Counted from the stretch's first letter, positions 16,873-30,757 are shown. The stretch: DNA of 43,669 nt from Bigelowiella natans CCMP2755 (GCA_000320545.1 ADNK01001550.1:1-43669), one strand, 5' to 3'. A program made the numbers and translations. The notes: generated by a model from the letters alone, not told the origin.

Positions 16873-17747
16873 TCCCTAGGGGGGGTGCGGGGTTGGAGTG
16901 TTGACGCGTATAGCTCTAGCATTCGACGCGAAGAAAGAACGGTTGGCGTTTCTGGTTAGAAAAAATGCATTTCGAGGACTCACCACCGCGCCTGAAGTCA
17001 TTGTAGTCCCCCCCTCGAGTCAGAAGAAGCACAAGATGTAACAGGGAAAGGGAAAGGAAACGGGAATAAGGCAGGAGGTGGTGGCGATGCCAATTCCTGA
17101 CCAAAAATATTGGTAATTTTCAGGGTTATAGTCAATTCCCTAAATTTCAAGGGAAAGTGATAGAATCTGTAAAATTATCGGCAACGAAACTGTACGTATA
17201 TTACCCTGGAAACATCGTATCTACCCGAGGGATCATGACTGATCAGTTCGTAGTCTTAAAAGCTCATAAAATCTGCCAATAAAACACATCGTTTCACGGC
17301 ATGCGACATGCTGGAAATTGCTCTTTTTTTTTCTAGTTTTTCTTAATTCTAAGATTTCCAGGATTTCCAGGATTTCAGGTAAAAACGCAGGGCGTGCATT
17401 ACCGTATTCCCACTCGCAGGTCGTAAACCTCGTCGATTCGTCGCGTAGAACTTTAGGATGATTTCGAAATCCGACATCAATCTTTGAATGTCGCAGGAAA
17501 AAACTGGATGTTTTCCTTTCTTTCTTTGCCCGCGATTTTATTGTCGCAGATGCCCAACTCGAGCCTCGAGAGTGCTCCTTGTCGCTGCGGCCGTGCTAGT
17601 AGTGCACAGAGGGAGAAGCAATAGATGAAAACAGTCAGCAATTGTCAAGGTATTTTTAAAGGGCAGGGAAGAGCTGAGGGCGGGCTACGCTCTAGGGGCG
17701 ACAGCCTCGAATAGAATGTCGCGCAGCTGCTGACAAGACCTGAAGTA

Positions 17748-20421
17748 ATGGAAACCCGCCCTGAGAGGGCCAAGTCCAATGGGACGCAAGTTTCCCTTGG
17801 CCAATCCACAGACTATGAGCTGGAGTATTCGAAGACTTTGGGTACTTATATTTTGCATGATAGCAGGTGTAACGCATGGTGTGCTAAGAGATAGATAGGC
17901 TCAGCTGCGAGAGACGCTTGCAACGTGTGCCGACCCAACCCGCTGATGAACTTCGCCTTTGATACGAAATGCTTAAATGCCTTCCTCGAAACTGAACAGT
18001 AACATTTAACAAAAAAAATGGACGAATTGAAAATGCGGCCTCGCGAGGACGCAAGCGAACTATCCGCCGCATATTTCTGCACATGAGGCTATCAATTAAA
18101 TTATAATGTCAGACACCCCTTCTCTCCTCAAAGAGGACAGCAATTGGAGGGAAGAACCAGATGCGGACAAAAGCGAACGTAACAGTCGCATAGAACAAGA
18201 AAACAGTATCGACAGCGCGACCAACAATTCTATTCACAATCCCCTCATGGCTGCGTCTTCCCCTGGCCTTCTCTCCGCACGCGTGTCAGCTGCTTCTTTG
18301 GGAGCTGGGATACGACGATTGTCGATAAGCACCTCGTCACGAGCAGGTCTTCTGCAACCAAATCGCTCTCCGAAAGCCGCAAGAGTGACGAGTTTCGAGA
18401 GAGGCACGTGCGACAAGAAGGAAGAGAGCGGTCGCCAACCCCTGAAGCAGCATCCCAGCTCAGTACAGTCAATCCTTCAACCCACTGCTGCTCATCACAG
18501 GAAGCGTACTAGCCAAAGCTCTAATGGGCAGTCGAACAATACACAAAGTGTTATGAAGTCAGACGAAAACCTCCCCTCCCTGGAGAACCACGGCAGCAGT
18601 CACACCGGGGCAGCCGCCGCGGGGAGGGGGAGCAGCAGCACAAACCTAGCATTTACAAGATTGAGTATCTCAGCACCCCGTTAGTACCAACCGACACGCG
18701 AATGAAAATGAAACTAACTAATACGACGTGTAATTATCGGATGTATTTGAATGCTTTAAAGGAGAGCCAAAAAAATAGATAAAAGGGATTGGAAAGGGCG
18801 CATGATCTGTGTACATGGATTAGTCCCCCCCCCCCCATTCCACAATCTTACGTAATCGCCAAAATTTCCATATATTTTCGAATCAGGCAAGCGCGGGTCG
18901 AGCCCTGATGCTCGCTACACATCCGAAACCACGAATAACACAGACTTTTCCTTCTTTGGAATGTCTCCGAAGCCGCGCCCCACCCCCTACCCGTCATCCA
19001 AAGCCGCTGGGGCTGCGCGCTCCAGGGGGGGGCGGAAAATTTTTCGCATCGGCCGCACGATACGAATTCCTTCTCCAACATCAGACATCGTAGCTCCACA
19101 GCACACCGGCCAAAGTTCCGAGGGGAAGCAAACACTGTATAGAAAGTCAAGAAGTAGCATGTCGCACAGCCTTGCTTCGCCTGTCTTCAGCCCCCCATTG
19201 TTCTATGCCTCTCGGCGATTTTCGTTTACCGGAGCTTCCAAAGGGGGGGGGGACACGAGGAGCAGTGGAGCGCGTAACCTTTACTATAGGCGATATCGTC
19301 ATTATCGATTTAAGGTTGGCCTGATCTTCACCGCATGGAAATTACATCTCTCCTCATTTCCTTTATCCTCTCAAACGGATTACGACACGCTTCTCTGTCA
19401 TTATTTTCCATAGCACGGCTGCCTTATTCATAAACTCATGTTGCGTTCTAAGAGCCGTAATTTCCCCCTCCCCCACCCCCCCTCCCCTCATTCTCCCTCC
19501 CCCCTCCTTTCTCTTCGTTTCTCAGACTAATCTAGCACAAGAGCTAACGCTGATCAGGACAGCCGTCCGCCCCTCCTTCTTGCTTGATCGTAGAAGCAAA
19601 GTCTCCCTCGCAACTGACCCCCTCCTCACCCATATGGAAAGCACTCTTGCAGCACCAAACGACGCCGCTATACCCTCCCCCCCCAAAGCAGCCACTCCGT
19701 CCCTTGAGGAGAAGAACGGCGCGGGAGGGGGCGGGGGCAGGAGCGGTAGTAGAGCCATATTCGTGTTAGATAGCGAGAAGCGAATAAGGGCGAGAGGCTT
19801 CCGCGAATGGGTTGTTTCACAAAACCAGCGGGTATTTCAAGCAGGATTCTTTCTTTCCGGCATCATCATCGCGACTCTACTCGTGTTATTCAGCCTTGAT
19901 TCGAGCGACAGCGACGATGACGAAGGGGGCCGGGGGGGGCGGAGCACTACCATCGCTCTGTTGGCTGCTGCTTTACTCTTCGTTGCGGTCGTCGCAGCGT
20001 CTACAATAACTAGCTATCGGGGGTTCTTTTGGCAAGGAGGGGGGGGGGGGGATGAGGGTCAAAGCAGCCACGCGGGCTCAGATGCCCCACCTCCTAGCAA
20101 ATCGCACTATCAGCATCGTCACCATCTGCGGCACTTTGATGCGTCCAGATGTTACTCCCCCTGCTGCTGCTGTTTGAAGCGAGGTCCAACCCCCTCGAGG
20201 AAGTCAGTAGGAGCAAGAAATGACGGCGGACATTGCACCAGCCCTTACGTGAGCAGCGGGACTGCTCAGAGGCAGAGCGTATTCGTCTTCATTCTCGCAG
20301 CATTCCTTCAGGCTATTTTCGTTGTCTCTCTGTAGGTTCATTTTTTAAGGGGGGTGATGGTAGAGGAGACGGGATGTATTTCGAATGGATAAAGGCTAGG
20401 GAAAGAGTGCACGAGAGATTG

Positions 20422-20461
<40 letters not shown>

Positions 20462-20746
20462 TATATGTATTATATAATATATTATCATATACTATAGTTA
20501 CTGCTGTACTGACTATCCCTTAAGTTATATTTTAAGACAAAATGCCGACCGGTATGCTTGTTTATTTTTAGATTATCAAGTGAATCGGAACTTGAATCAT
20601 CACGGTAGCAATTGTCCATACTTTACCTTAACTCAAGGGGCTATGTATATCCAAATGAAATATATTATATATATATAATATTCATTCTATGTAGTGCTGA
20701 AATAATCATACACATATAGCAAGCCTGCAACCCTTACGATATTATG

Positions 20747-20791
<45 letters not shown>

Positions 20792-21338
20792 GTGTGTGTG
20801 TGTGTGTGTGTGTATGTGCGTATACACGGTTCTGTTAATTCTTCATCATGATGAGATCCCAGTATCTTCCTACAATTTCCTACACACAATAATCCCTCAC
20901 GATCTTCTCTCCACCCCTCTCCTTACCAACCAAGCAGTGACCGCAGCATCTTGGCAGCGGGGTCATTTCTGCTTCCCATCGTTCCTTCGTTTTTCGAGAT
21001 AGGCCTTCCTCTGGGAGCCTTCACCATATCAGTTTCTACGAGTGTCCTCGCAGCAGCCATTCTCTTTGCTAGAGAGCGAAGTGCCACCGAGCGTGCCGCG
21101 TTGTTGCTTTTCGCAGCGATTTCCTCGGGAATGTCGGGCGTTTTCCTCTGGCGACAGCACGCATTGCGCGAGGTGGAGTTCGCCTACGTGCAGAAGCAGA
21201 CCGAGGCGAAGACCGTGGCCGAGTATACTAGGAGCGCAATCGAGAAGATGCGGGTGAAAATGAAGGCGGAAATAGTGATGACGGATTGTTCTTGGAGAGC
21301 GAGCTCTATATGATTGTGTGGGAATATACGAGTGTGTA

Positions 21339-21396
<58 letters not shown>

Positions 21397-22838
21397 CGTG
21401 AATGGCATCAAACATCAAGCTTTGTCTCCCCCATTTCCGTAGGAGAAATATCGTCGGAGAGAGGAGCGCAAAAAGGGCTATTGGAAAAAGGCATTATACT
21501 CATACTGTATCAATAATAGATGCCGCAATACATAAGCACAAACACACACATGTGGACATGCACATACACAAACATACTCGCATCAACATTCGTGCAAATT
21601 TTAATATGGTATATCCGCGGCGAAGAATAGAAGAAAGAAGGGGATACTTGCCGCACTTCAGCCATTTTTTGTCTTCCCATAATCCATTAGCGGCAAAACT
21701 CAGAAGTACGGATGCTGACCAATGATCTGCTATCGATACGAGACACGCTGCGACTGGCCACTTCCACACAAGTTGAAGAGTCTCTAAGGTTTCATTATGC
21801 TTTGGGATAGACGGATATACCACATCTATTTCACATAGATAATTATTGGATACATAAAATATGTTTGCGCGTATGTACGTGTGTATGTGCGTATGTGCGT
21901 ATATGTGTTTGTGTGCCTTGCATTCTTTCTGGGAAATCAAATAACACGAGGGGTCACTCTAGCCCTCTAGCTTGTCAATATAGAAAGTAACGTTGCATGG
22001 AGGGTTGACTTCTAGATGCAGCTGTTTAGGCATCACAGAGGCCTGAACGATTTCTTGTTAAGTATATCATCACTAGTAGTTGTAGCGTCATCGTTGCTAA
22101 CTGCCCACGAGACTGCCCTCGATAATGCTCATTTTGTCTTGTGAAGATTTGATGCATGGAATTCTCTTCTCGAATGGTCTAAGCCAAAACTGCATTTACA
22201 GCGTCGCGAGACGGTGATACTTGCTGCTCAGCAATAGAATCGAATGTAGGGCGATGTGGATGATGGTTCGGTCTTATATCACAATTGCAAAACAATGCCA
22301 CAGCAATCGTGCTGACTAGAATCAGAGCAACAGCGGCAGCGAAAGTTAGTTTAAATAACGTAGCTCTCAGTGAGACAAATTTATAGATATCATAGCGTGA
22401 TAATCCATAGATAGGGCCAACAATAAAAGTCGTGGCACGGACTCATATCTCAAAAGATTAGTCAGATCTGACGACTTAAACTTATGACATGCTGCCTCAA
22501 AAATGACCTCAGGTGCGAACGTTGCGAATAGATGCCGAGGATGGGGAAGATCCTTCATCCCCCAACGAAACTAAGAGCAATGATGAGTATCATAACAACA
22601 ATAGCAGCAGCAGTCCAAACACTGTGAAAGAAAATAAGTGTGACAGCGAGGCTAAGGAGAAAGCGAGCGCGACTAGGCGACATACATGGGCGGGCGGATA
22701 CTCGAAGAGACGACGGTAAGAAACGGTTATTAAAAAATCTCAGTGTGAAGAGATTGAGACCTCATCTAATTGTACTAACGAAGTGTAGTTTGATGTTGTT
22801 TTGTGTTCTACATATTTTGATAAACATGTGTGTGTGTG

Positions 22839-22869
<31 letters not shown>

Positions 22870-23875
22870 AGAGCAATATGTGAGTGGTCGTTTTATCGGT
22901 ATGCCATTGTAGTGCACAAGCGCATGTGTACATAGATTTATAGTTTTTTTTTAACCTTTTATTATATCCAATGCAGATATTCAACGAGTGACCCCGAAGA
23001 GAATATCGAGCGCGAGAATCAAAATACCCTCGCTGCTGTGCAGAATATCAGAACATGGCTTGTACGACTGGAAAATATGCAGGTGAATCTTGCCCCAGTT
23101 ACAATTAGCAAAATCCGTTGTTATATAAGAAGTTTACTCACACACACACAGAAAGATAAAGTAGTTCACACCATGCGTGATATAAACATGGGGTAAATGG
23201 TCGGAAAGAGAGAGAGAAAGAGAATGAAGATTCACCATTACCCAAAAGAAATATGGGACTTTTTTATTTATATTGTACAATCCTCAATAGCGGGGCTCGT
23301 CCCATTTTCTTGGAAGTAATACTGAAGAAGAAGATAGTGGCCTCTCCACTCAGGTGATGAATAACAAAAATGACGTGCATAAATTGATTAACTGTTTGCG
23401 ATCCATTAAGAACTATATTTGTGACAAAAAATCGCATTGTTGGTTTCACCTAGGTATTTCTTGGTGGAAGTTGCAATCCTACCACATGGCGTAAGGATGT
23501 CGTCATACCGATGTTAACAGAGGCGAATATATCCTTCTATAATCCACAGGTATCAAGAATAATGAGAGAATACTGCGTCATACGTTAGATGAGAGTTGCG
23601 CTTTTGTCTTAACTCGTGAAAGGCATTGAGTGTTTTATACTATACTCGGCTAAGTTTATCGTTTTAATATGTCAATCGAAACAAAATCATAAATATGAAG
23701 GTTGATGAATGGAGTGCGGATTTGATCGAAGTAGAAGCCAAAGCAAAGGCTGGTGAGTTTTGAAGCTTATTGCGACTGAGCGTGTGGTGCCAATGCTGTA
23801 AGAGAAACATGCGCACCCGCGCGCGCGCACACACACACATACACATATATAGACATATAAAGGGAGAGAGAGGGG

Positions 23876-23914
<39 letters not shown>

Positions 23915-24150
23915 GAGGAGGAAATTTTTATCCTTTTTTCATCTTAAACAATCACAGTGCTAATAAAGCAGATGTGTCGTAATGTTGTTAATGGAATATT
24001 CCTCCTACATTTTCTCTCCCCAACAAATAGGTGCTAGAATACTGTTTTTCGTTATAGACAAGAAAACACGTGCAACCTCTTCAGTACTGGAGAGTGTAGA
24101 GTACATCTGTTCCGGACGGTAGTATTACGACATGTAAATGCATGTTTACA

Positions 24151-24190
<40 letters not shown>

Positions 24191-24265
24191 ATAATAAAGT
24201 TGCATTATTAATTAACGAGTATATACGTATTTGTGTACTTAGGCTCTATGTATGCAATTAAACTA

Positions 24266-24315
<50 letters not shown>

Positions 24316-25464
24316 ATCATTACTGTTTCTTAACAATCGATCTACGACAGTGTTGTGGTACTTGTGATTGAGATGATTCCGGAGGGATCTAAGATCGATG
24401 AAAAGCAGATAGTAGGACGTGAACTAAAGGATCTTAACCGCGGACGCGCATATCTAAAGAATGTTGCTGATCGTCACGGTAGAGTTTAAAACATTAAAAG
24501 TCCATGTAGGTATATGTCAGTTTTTACTCGTATCAGGGGTACCAGTGTTTGAGACCCCGAGGGAAGGTGTAGAGCACATTGTCTTACAGGTATGTGCAAC
24601 GCATGAACATTATCAATATTGATTCATCGATTAGATAGATATATAGAACCGTAGATTCGTTGATTCGTCATTTCAAACGCTTTGAATGTTTGTCACGTAA
24701 GGGAATTATGGAATAGGCTTTGCACAAAACTCTATCGTTAGAATTTAGAAACTATTTCTTTTTTTCGTTTAGTTCTTTTATATTTCCATTCAAAAAAAAA
24801 GAGTTATTGATGTTAATAAATTTGGCTCGTATTAATGTTCTATGTTTAATTTACATTGAGAATTTAAAATGTGTCATTAAATATAAAGATCAAACAAGAA
24901 CAAAAGCGCAATCTCAAGTGAGTGAATGCTAGTACAAGATTATTATTATTTTTTTTAATAGCTAGCAAATAGCAAATTTCTCGAAATAGCTAGCAAATAG
25001 CAAATCTCTCGACTACAGCGTACGTCTAAATATGTGATTCAATAATCTCATAGCGCGCCACCTGCATTCTCTGGATCCCTTTCGTCATCTCAGCTACAGC
25101 ATCGACGACAGCAATCACAGTACAAGAATGTCATCGGTCATGTTAGAACCACAACATCTTCACTCGTTCAACATTTCGTACACTTGCATTCGATTCAAAT
25201 GGTGGGTAAGTGAAAAATGTCGAAAAATGCAAAAGTTAGTATATATATAAATTCTCAAAAACTTATGATTGTAACAATATTCTAGGGGGCGAGACGAAGA
25301 CCTCTCCAACATCCCTCGAAAATGAATACGTAGAATGGGAAAAGGAGCTTCCGATAAGGAAGGAGCACACTGGACACCATCAACAATCAAAAGCAAAATC
25401 TCAATCATCGCAGCAAATGGGTTCCGATTCCGCTAAAGACACTGTTGATATTGCAAACGTTTGA
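17748..25464 (+). CDS. Multi-pass membrane protein with a long disordered N-terminus and a C-terminal Raw-like (nucleoside 2-deoxyribosyltransferase-like) domain
   Basis: First exon METRPERAK..YSKTL (ATG 17748) splices in phase to DTPSLLKE (~18113). TM segments lie in 19830-20330 and 20950-21150. Raw-type exons: 23454-23549 VFLGGSCNPTTWRKDVVIPMLTEANISFYNPQ; 23701-23752 VDEWSADLIEVEAKAKA; 24031-24118 ARILFFVIDKKTRATSSVLESVEYI; 24351-24478 ..ELKDLNRGRAYLKNVADRH; 24537-24589 GVPVFE. The 3' end is approximate. Confidence 0.85.
24958..25012. repeat. 28-bp intronic tandem duplication (ATAGCTAGCAAATAGCAAATYTCTCGA x2)
   Basis: Two adjacent near-identical copies are visible in the sequence. Confidence 0.8.
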
Positions 25465-25489
25465 TCTTCATTTCATATATCAAGTTCTT

Positions 25490-26350
25490 ACTGTGGCCGA
25501 TGAAACAATTGAGTTTGTTGTTGACGTGTCGTCTCAGCTCCCGAAATTGCTTTGATCTCCGCTGAAACTTCACCATCTTTGCAGCATTTTGTTCCTGCTG
25601 CTTTGTAAACACTGAACGCTGTGTTGACCGCGAAGTGCAACCTTTTGCACACTCATCCCCACGGACATTGCCACAAAGAAAACAACGCAGAGTTGCATTT
25701 CCGCGCGCGCATGATTGCACTACTGCGATCGCAATTTCACTTTGTGGATGAACGCAACAGCTCAACGGCTAGACGGGCACTTTGGCATTGTTGCGAGAGT
25801 CATTGCACAACATTTCTAGATTCATCAGGTAGTAGCTAGAGTAGCGAGGTGCAGGTTGCAAGCGGTGTGTGTCCGCGTCTCAATTTCGATGTGTGGTCGC
25901 CCACCTAGCATAGAGCAGCCTGCATCTGCTGTGAAGCAAACACACCGGACCTTGGGACTCATCTTGTGCATGTTCTAGTGTTCTTTTTAGCGTGGTCAGA
26001 GTGCCGCACATCTAGAGAATGCATCGAGTTGCATGCGATTGCGTTGCGAACAGCATCAAGTGTATGCTGATTTGTTTGCTGCACACTCAAACGTAAAACG
26101 GCTTGATGCTTACATTTTGGGTGTGATTCCTTATTTATGAGCGGGCTTCTCAAGCTGTGAGCACTGCTAAACTGATCTGCTCTTCATGCATACTAGCACA
26201 CAAAGTCTAAAACTGTCCGATACTAGTTCTTGGTGCGTCGTATGGTTCTTCTAGTGACACGCTCAAAGTCAATCTAGCAATGCCCGCGTTGAGTTGCTTT
26301 GGAACTAGTGTGGGTTGGTTTGAACAAAATGTTGTCCGATGTGGCTTATT
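25490..26350. other. TpA-depleted, CTAG-sparing intergenic block between convergent genes
   Basis: Very few TpA in 25490-25800; in 25770-26020 nearly all TpA are CTAG or NTAG; TG/CA-rich; CpG retained. Confidence 0.75.
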
Positions 26351-26551
26351 CAGAGAGCAATGGTATTAGTTCCCGAACAATGTAATTTTCCACCAACCTC
26401 CCTGTTGATTGCACAGAATTAACGTCTAACGTCAGCACTTGTTTTGAACAGAAAACTCTCACCAGTCGATTCAAAACAACATTAAAAACTGCTTTACTTT
26501 CAGAAATTTTTCGTTCGTAATTTAATTTTTCTCATCGGCATGTGATGTCTA

Positions 26552-29500
26552 TCAGAAGAAAGTACCATAAACTTGAGTTGAATTTGAGATCTCATCCAAG
26601 GAGGCCTTTGCATCCTTTCTTGACAGCATGAGAATGTTCTCAATTCCCGAAAAAAAATTCAGATGCTCCCTCAGGATGAAACGTTCGCTAGCCCGTGCTA
26701 CTGAATTGTCGCGAAAGATTTTCGGACAGATTGATAAAAAAGACATCAGCCTGTGCATGAACATGACGATTCAAAAAATGCTGTGCTAAATATGACAAAA
26801 TTGGATAATTTTTCAAAACTAATTTAATTTTATCACCTGCGCAGAATTGCCGTGATAAGAAATCCAAATTACCATCTTCATCACAATCATTATATAAATG
26901 TGCATTAGATGACAAAATTTAAATCGAAGATAAATTTAGGATGAAATTTTTCTCACCACATGATGAGTGTCTGTTGTTATTTAAAACACTTCGAAGACAG
27001 CAACAAAATCGTTTCTAACAACAAAGACACATAAATATTAGACTTCAGCTTCATTCTCTCACCATATCTCTATTTACGTTGGTACAGACCCTCTATGAAG
27101 CAGTTAGTATCCATCTTAGACCTTACCAACACTAGTTTCTCTTCTCTGATCCCCAAAGGTTTCACAACGCGAACTTGTTTTGCCAAACTTGAATAATCTC
27201 CACCTAATCGGTTCTTTTCCTCACTTTTATAAAAACACGCAAAAAACACCGTGAACTGTTGAATCAACGTTTGAACTAGATTTTCCATCTGATTCAATAA
27301 ATCAGACATAAGTGATGCTATTTGCACATTTGAACATTAGCAACCATGTGAGCAACTCCTTCAAAGTTTTTATTCCTGATATCTCTTCGAGTTTCTCTGA
27401 TGAAGCAACTTCCACTGAAAAACAACAAATTATATTTAATATTCGTTTTATACGAAGGGAAAATTATTGTTACTTACATCTGAGGAAAGTTAAAATATCT
27501 GCAAGATTGTTGCTCGCAGGTTGTGTTATTACGCTCCCCTCCATAGAGCTATTTCTTATCTGCTGACGAATACGTCTTGATGCAACTTCAACATTCTCAC
27601 TCTCCTCATGTTCCCCGCCAGAAAGTGTAAGAAGACCTGACATCTCTGATGCACCACGTTGCCATACAAACATGTTCAGTTGGTACATCCATGGCATAAG
27701 AGTTTCAAAAATCAATTTATGTACTGAACCTTCTAGTAGATACGACAAAAATTTCTGGTATACTATTTAAATACCTCGTTTGTGATGCATCATACGTTTG
27801 CGTAGGTTATCGTAGAACTTGTTATTTTCTTTCTTTGTTGTAGTTGCTAAACATGATTCTTTATTTTCACAATTTCTAGTTTTCATATCTACTCCATCCT
27901 GGGACAAATGTATAACAATCTCCGCCATGTCCCGACGGTTTTTCGGAAGGGCAAAACCTGATTTATTAGAATATGCCTATGTGTAATGACATGCAAACCT
28001 GAATTTGTATATATAATTTCTATTCCAAGGTGTAAATTAATTTGCACAAATTAGTGCAACATTTATAATATTGTACCCATAATTCTAGAACTTCGATGGA
28101 ACATAATGAAAAATGCAAGAACATTTTAGATAGATTCGTCTTAGGATAATATTAATATTTGGACGATTGATAGAACAAACCCTAGAATTTAAGTTTCGTG
28201 TACTATCGGAATACCATAATGTGCGAGAAATATGTGATTGGGTTTCTTTCCATATGTATCACAAGCTTCTACTCCGCTTCCAATCCCACCCTCTCCTAAA
28301 TAAAATAAATACACACTCGGCATGGCATAGCAGTGCATACAATGCATTTCTTCAATTGTCAAGTACACTAATTAATACTGAAACTTTAAGAAAGGGGAAA
28401 AGGATAAACTGTTACAATTTTTGACATACGTGCAGTCATGCGGAAATGCGCTGTTTTTGCTAGTCTTGATTTCATGAAACGCCAATCGCAGTTATGGTCC
28501 TCGCTGTGGTTTAGCATATCTGCTAATGGAACCTGCAAAATAGTTCTTTCAACTCTTCCATACACAGATATATCTGTACAAACTCAAAGAAACCATGGTC
28601 AGCATCGTTGCGCCTTCCTCATTGCTACTACTCGATACAGCTGCCATGCTTTCCCAATCCAATCGGAAAACACGAGAGGACACCATAAATCGAGCCCATA
28701 CAAAGTCCTTAGATTAAAAAGTAATCACCACAAAAGAATACGAAAAGCAATGTTACAGGATTCATATTCAACACGCAATCTTCTGGAAGATTGCTCCAAA
28801 TATCAATCAACGATAAATTAAAGGAGGAACATACTGGGGGGGGGGGGGGGGGAGAGAAAAAGAGAGAAAAAGGAAAAAGAAAAAAAGAATAATTGAATCT
28901 ACAAATACAAAGCATTGAATACTAATGATAAACCTTCAAATTGATGTTTTGCTTGAAAATTTCGTCTTCACTGCAAAGCGACTTAAAATCGTCCTACAGA
29001 CAAGGTATATATATCATCTATGGCAATGATAAGTGCACCAAAAATTAAATATATCAGCACACGCACATACACACACACAATTACATATTTACACATATTT
29101 TTATTTTATTCTAACTATTACTGTTACATATGCACATTTTATTACAAATTAGCAAACTATCTACCAAACAGCAGCACCATCATTGAGTTGGAAAATATGC
29201 GATGAGAAGCAACTGTTAAATTTCGTTACATAACATACGTGTATAATTTCAGCGAAAGCCTTAACTTCTTTCCCCGCCAGAGTGCCCCTAAGAACATGAA
29301 GAAACGCATTATATCGGAGCTTCACGCAGTCTGTAAGGACAGCTTTCCAAAATATGCAATGCCAACTACCTTAGCTCATCATCAATGTTGATCCTTCTCT
29401 TCGCATCGTCTGCGCAATCGATAGTTTTCGCACAGTATTTCCACACAAAATTAATCGCATTGACACAAACTTACATCAATAAAAGATCACAGAAATGCGT

Positions 29501-30757
29501 AGCAAAATATTCATACAACTCACAGTGATTGAGGGTATTGCGTGCGTATGTTGTATACAACGAAAAATCGAAGCAAATTGATTGTATCACCGTCCTGGGT
29601 TAAGGCACCATGCAGCAAGGACAGGCCTGGAGGGTTCCTAGATCGTTGATTAAATATAAATATTATACGCAATATCGAATATGATTTTCATCCTTAAACT
29701 GAAAACTTATCAATGACATTTATATGGCTAACAAACCGTGTATGAGATATGTTTAGTACGAACATAAAATTCCAAAAAATACATATACAGGTTTGCTTCG
29801 TTTACGTGCTCTATTTGAAATAAGGTATGGATCAGCAGAAACATCAAAATACGAGGAATGCTGAACATGCAGCCACTCAATGCTGAACATGCACTCTTGT
29901 ATATCATCGTATTTCTAACTTTGGCAATGAAGAGATGTATGGATGCCAAAATGACTTCTTCCCCTGCAGTCTCTCCTGGTCATAATGTCAATATACATTA
30001 AATTCTATAATTCTTGTTCTCTACCACTATCCCCCTTTCTCTCTCTCTCTCCTTTCTCCCTCTCACAATTCACGCCCTTCTCTTATAAGAACAAACTTGT
30101 GTATTCCTCCCCTTTTCTAGATACATTTTGAAAATGTTTATCTTGTCCGCTCTCGTATTTGTCTATTCTGCGTAAATGAGGGAAAAAATGCCTGTAATAT
30201 CCAGCACGCCAATATTGTGTGGTCCTGTGCATGGGACTTCGCATTTAAGCTCTTAAAGAATTGCGATCCTAGCGAAGTTTCCTAGCACACCCAGAAATAT
30301 GTGAAGATCAGAACGAACATATATGGAATCAGGATGCAAATATCATCAGTTCTGTTCTGAAGATGAGTCGATAGTACCCTTTTAGCTCTCTCCAGAGTTA
30401 ATAGTAAATTCAAAGGAATTCGAAACAGGTCGGAACCAGCGCGGATTGGACCCACACCCTCTCGAATGAACACTGCCCTTTCTCCTTTATCACCTACAGG
30501 ATGACAGAGGAACCACAAACTCAGAATCTTACATTATGTGTTTCTTATGATTGGTTATCAGGAAGTATCGAGGGTGGAGACCTTCCCGGATTTCGATGTT
30601 CGAGTGCACCCATCCGCCGCAACTTCGAATCCAAAGAATCAAGGTAGAATCGCTGTGGTCTGTACAACAAAGTAAAGGCCAAAGGCAAATGATGTCGTCA
30701 AATTTACTCCGATTTTGAGATTCACTAACCGGCCGCCTTCGAGGGCCAGCTCCCCAT
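26552..30757 (-). CDS. SET-domain protein methyltransferase, SETD3/SETD6/Rubisco-LSMT class, with C-terminal LSMT substrate-binding-like domain
   Basis: Exons: MGSWPSKAA (ATG 30757); DSTLILWIRSCGGWVHSNIEIRE; GDKGERAVF..AGSDLFRIPLNLLLT; ERLQGKKSFWHPYISSLP (~29920-29975); DFVWARFMVSSRVF (~28595-28707); VPLADMLNHSEDHNC (~28430-28532); GVEACDTYGKKPNHIFLAHYG (~28215-28295); FALPKNRRD; ILTFLRL; ARASERFILREHL. The 3' end is approximate. Confidence 0.9.

Noticed and set aside
17660-17950. RNase P/MRP-like structured RNA (GGGAAGAGCTGAG..CTCAGCT, several stems)
   Set aside because: The P4 and CR-V consensus is not properly met, and 17748-17841 reads as a coding first exon that splices in phase to the Raw-like gene.
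5800-26330. Homology between the two TpA-poor blocks (TTTGTTCAAA..ACCCAC at ~5813 versus the reverse complement at ~26310-26330)
   Set aside because: Only a ~10-15 nt patchy match; insufficient without an alignment.
26552-27930. Broken minus-strand ORFs with YPILSYLAQHFL..SERF, resembling a hAT transposase dimerisation motif or a pseudogene
   Set aside because: They continue in phase from the SET-domain exons (HYG|FALPKN) and fit the LSMT substrate-binding region; the stops are best explained by short introns.
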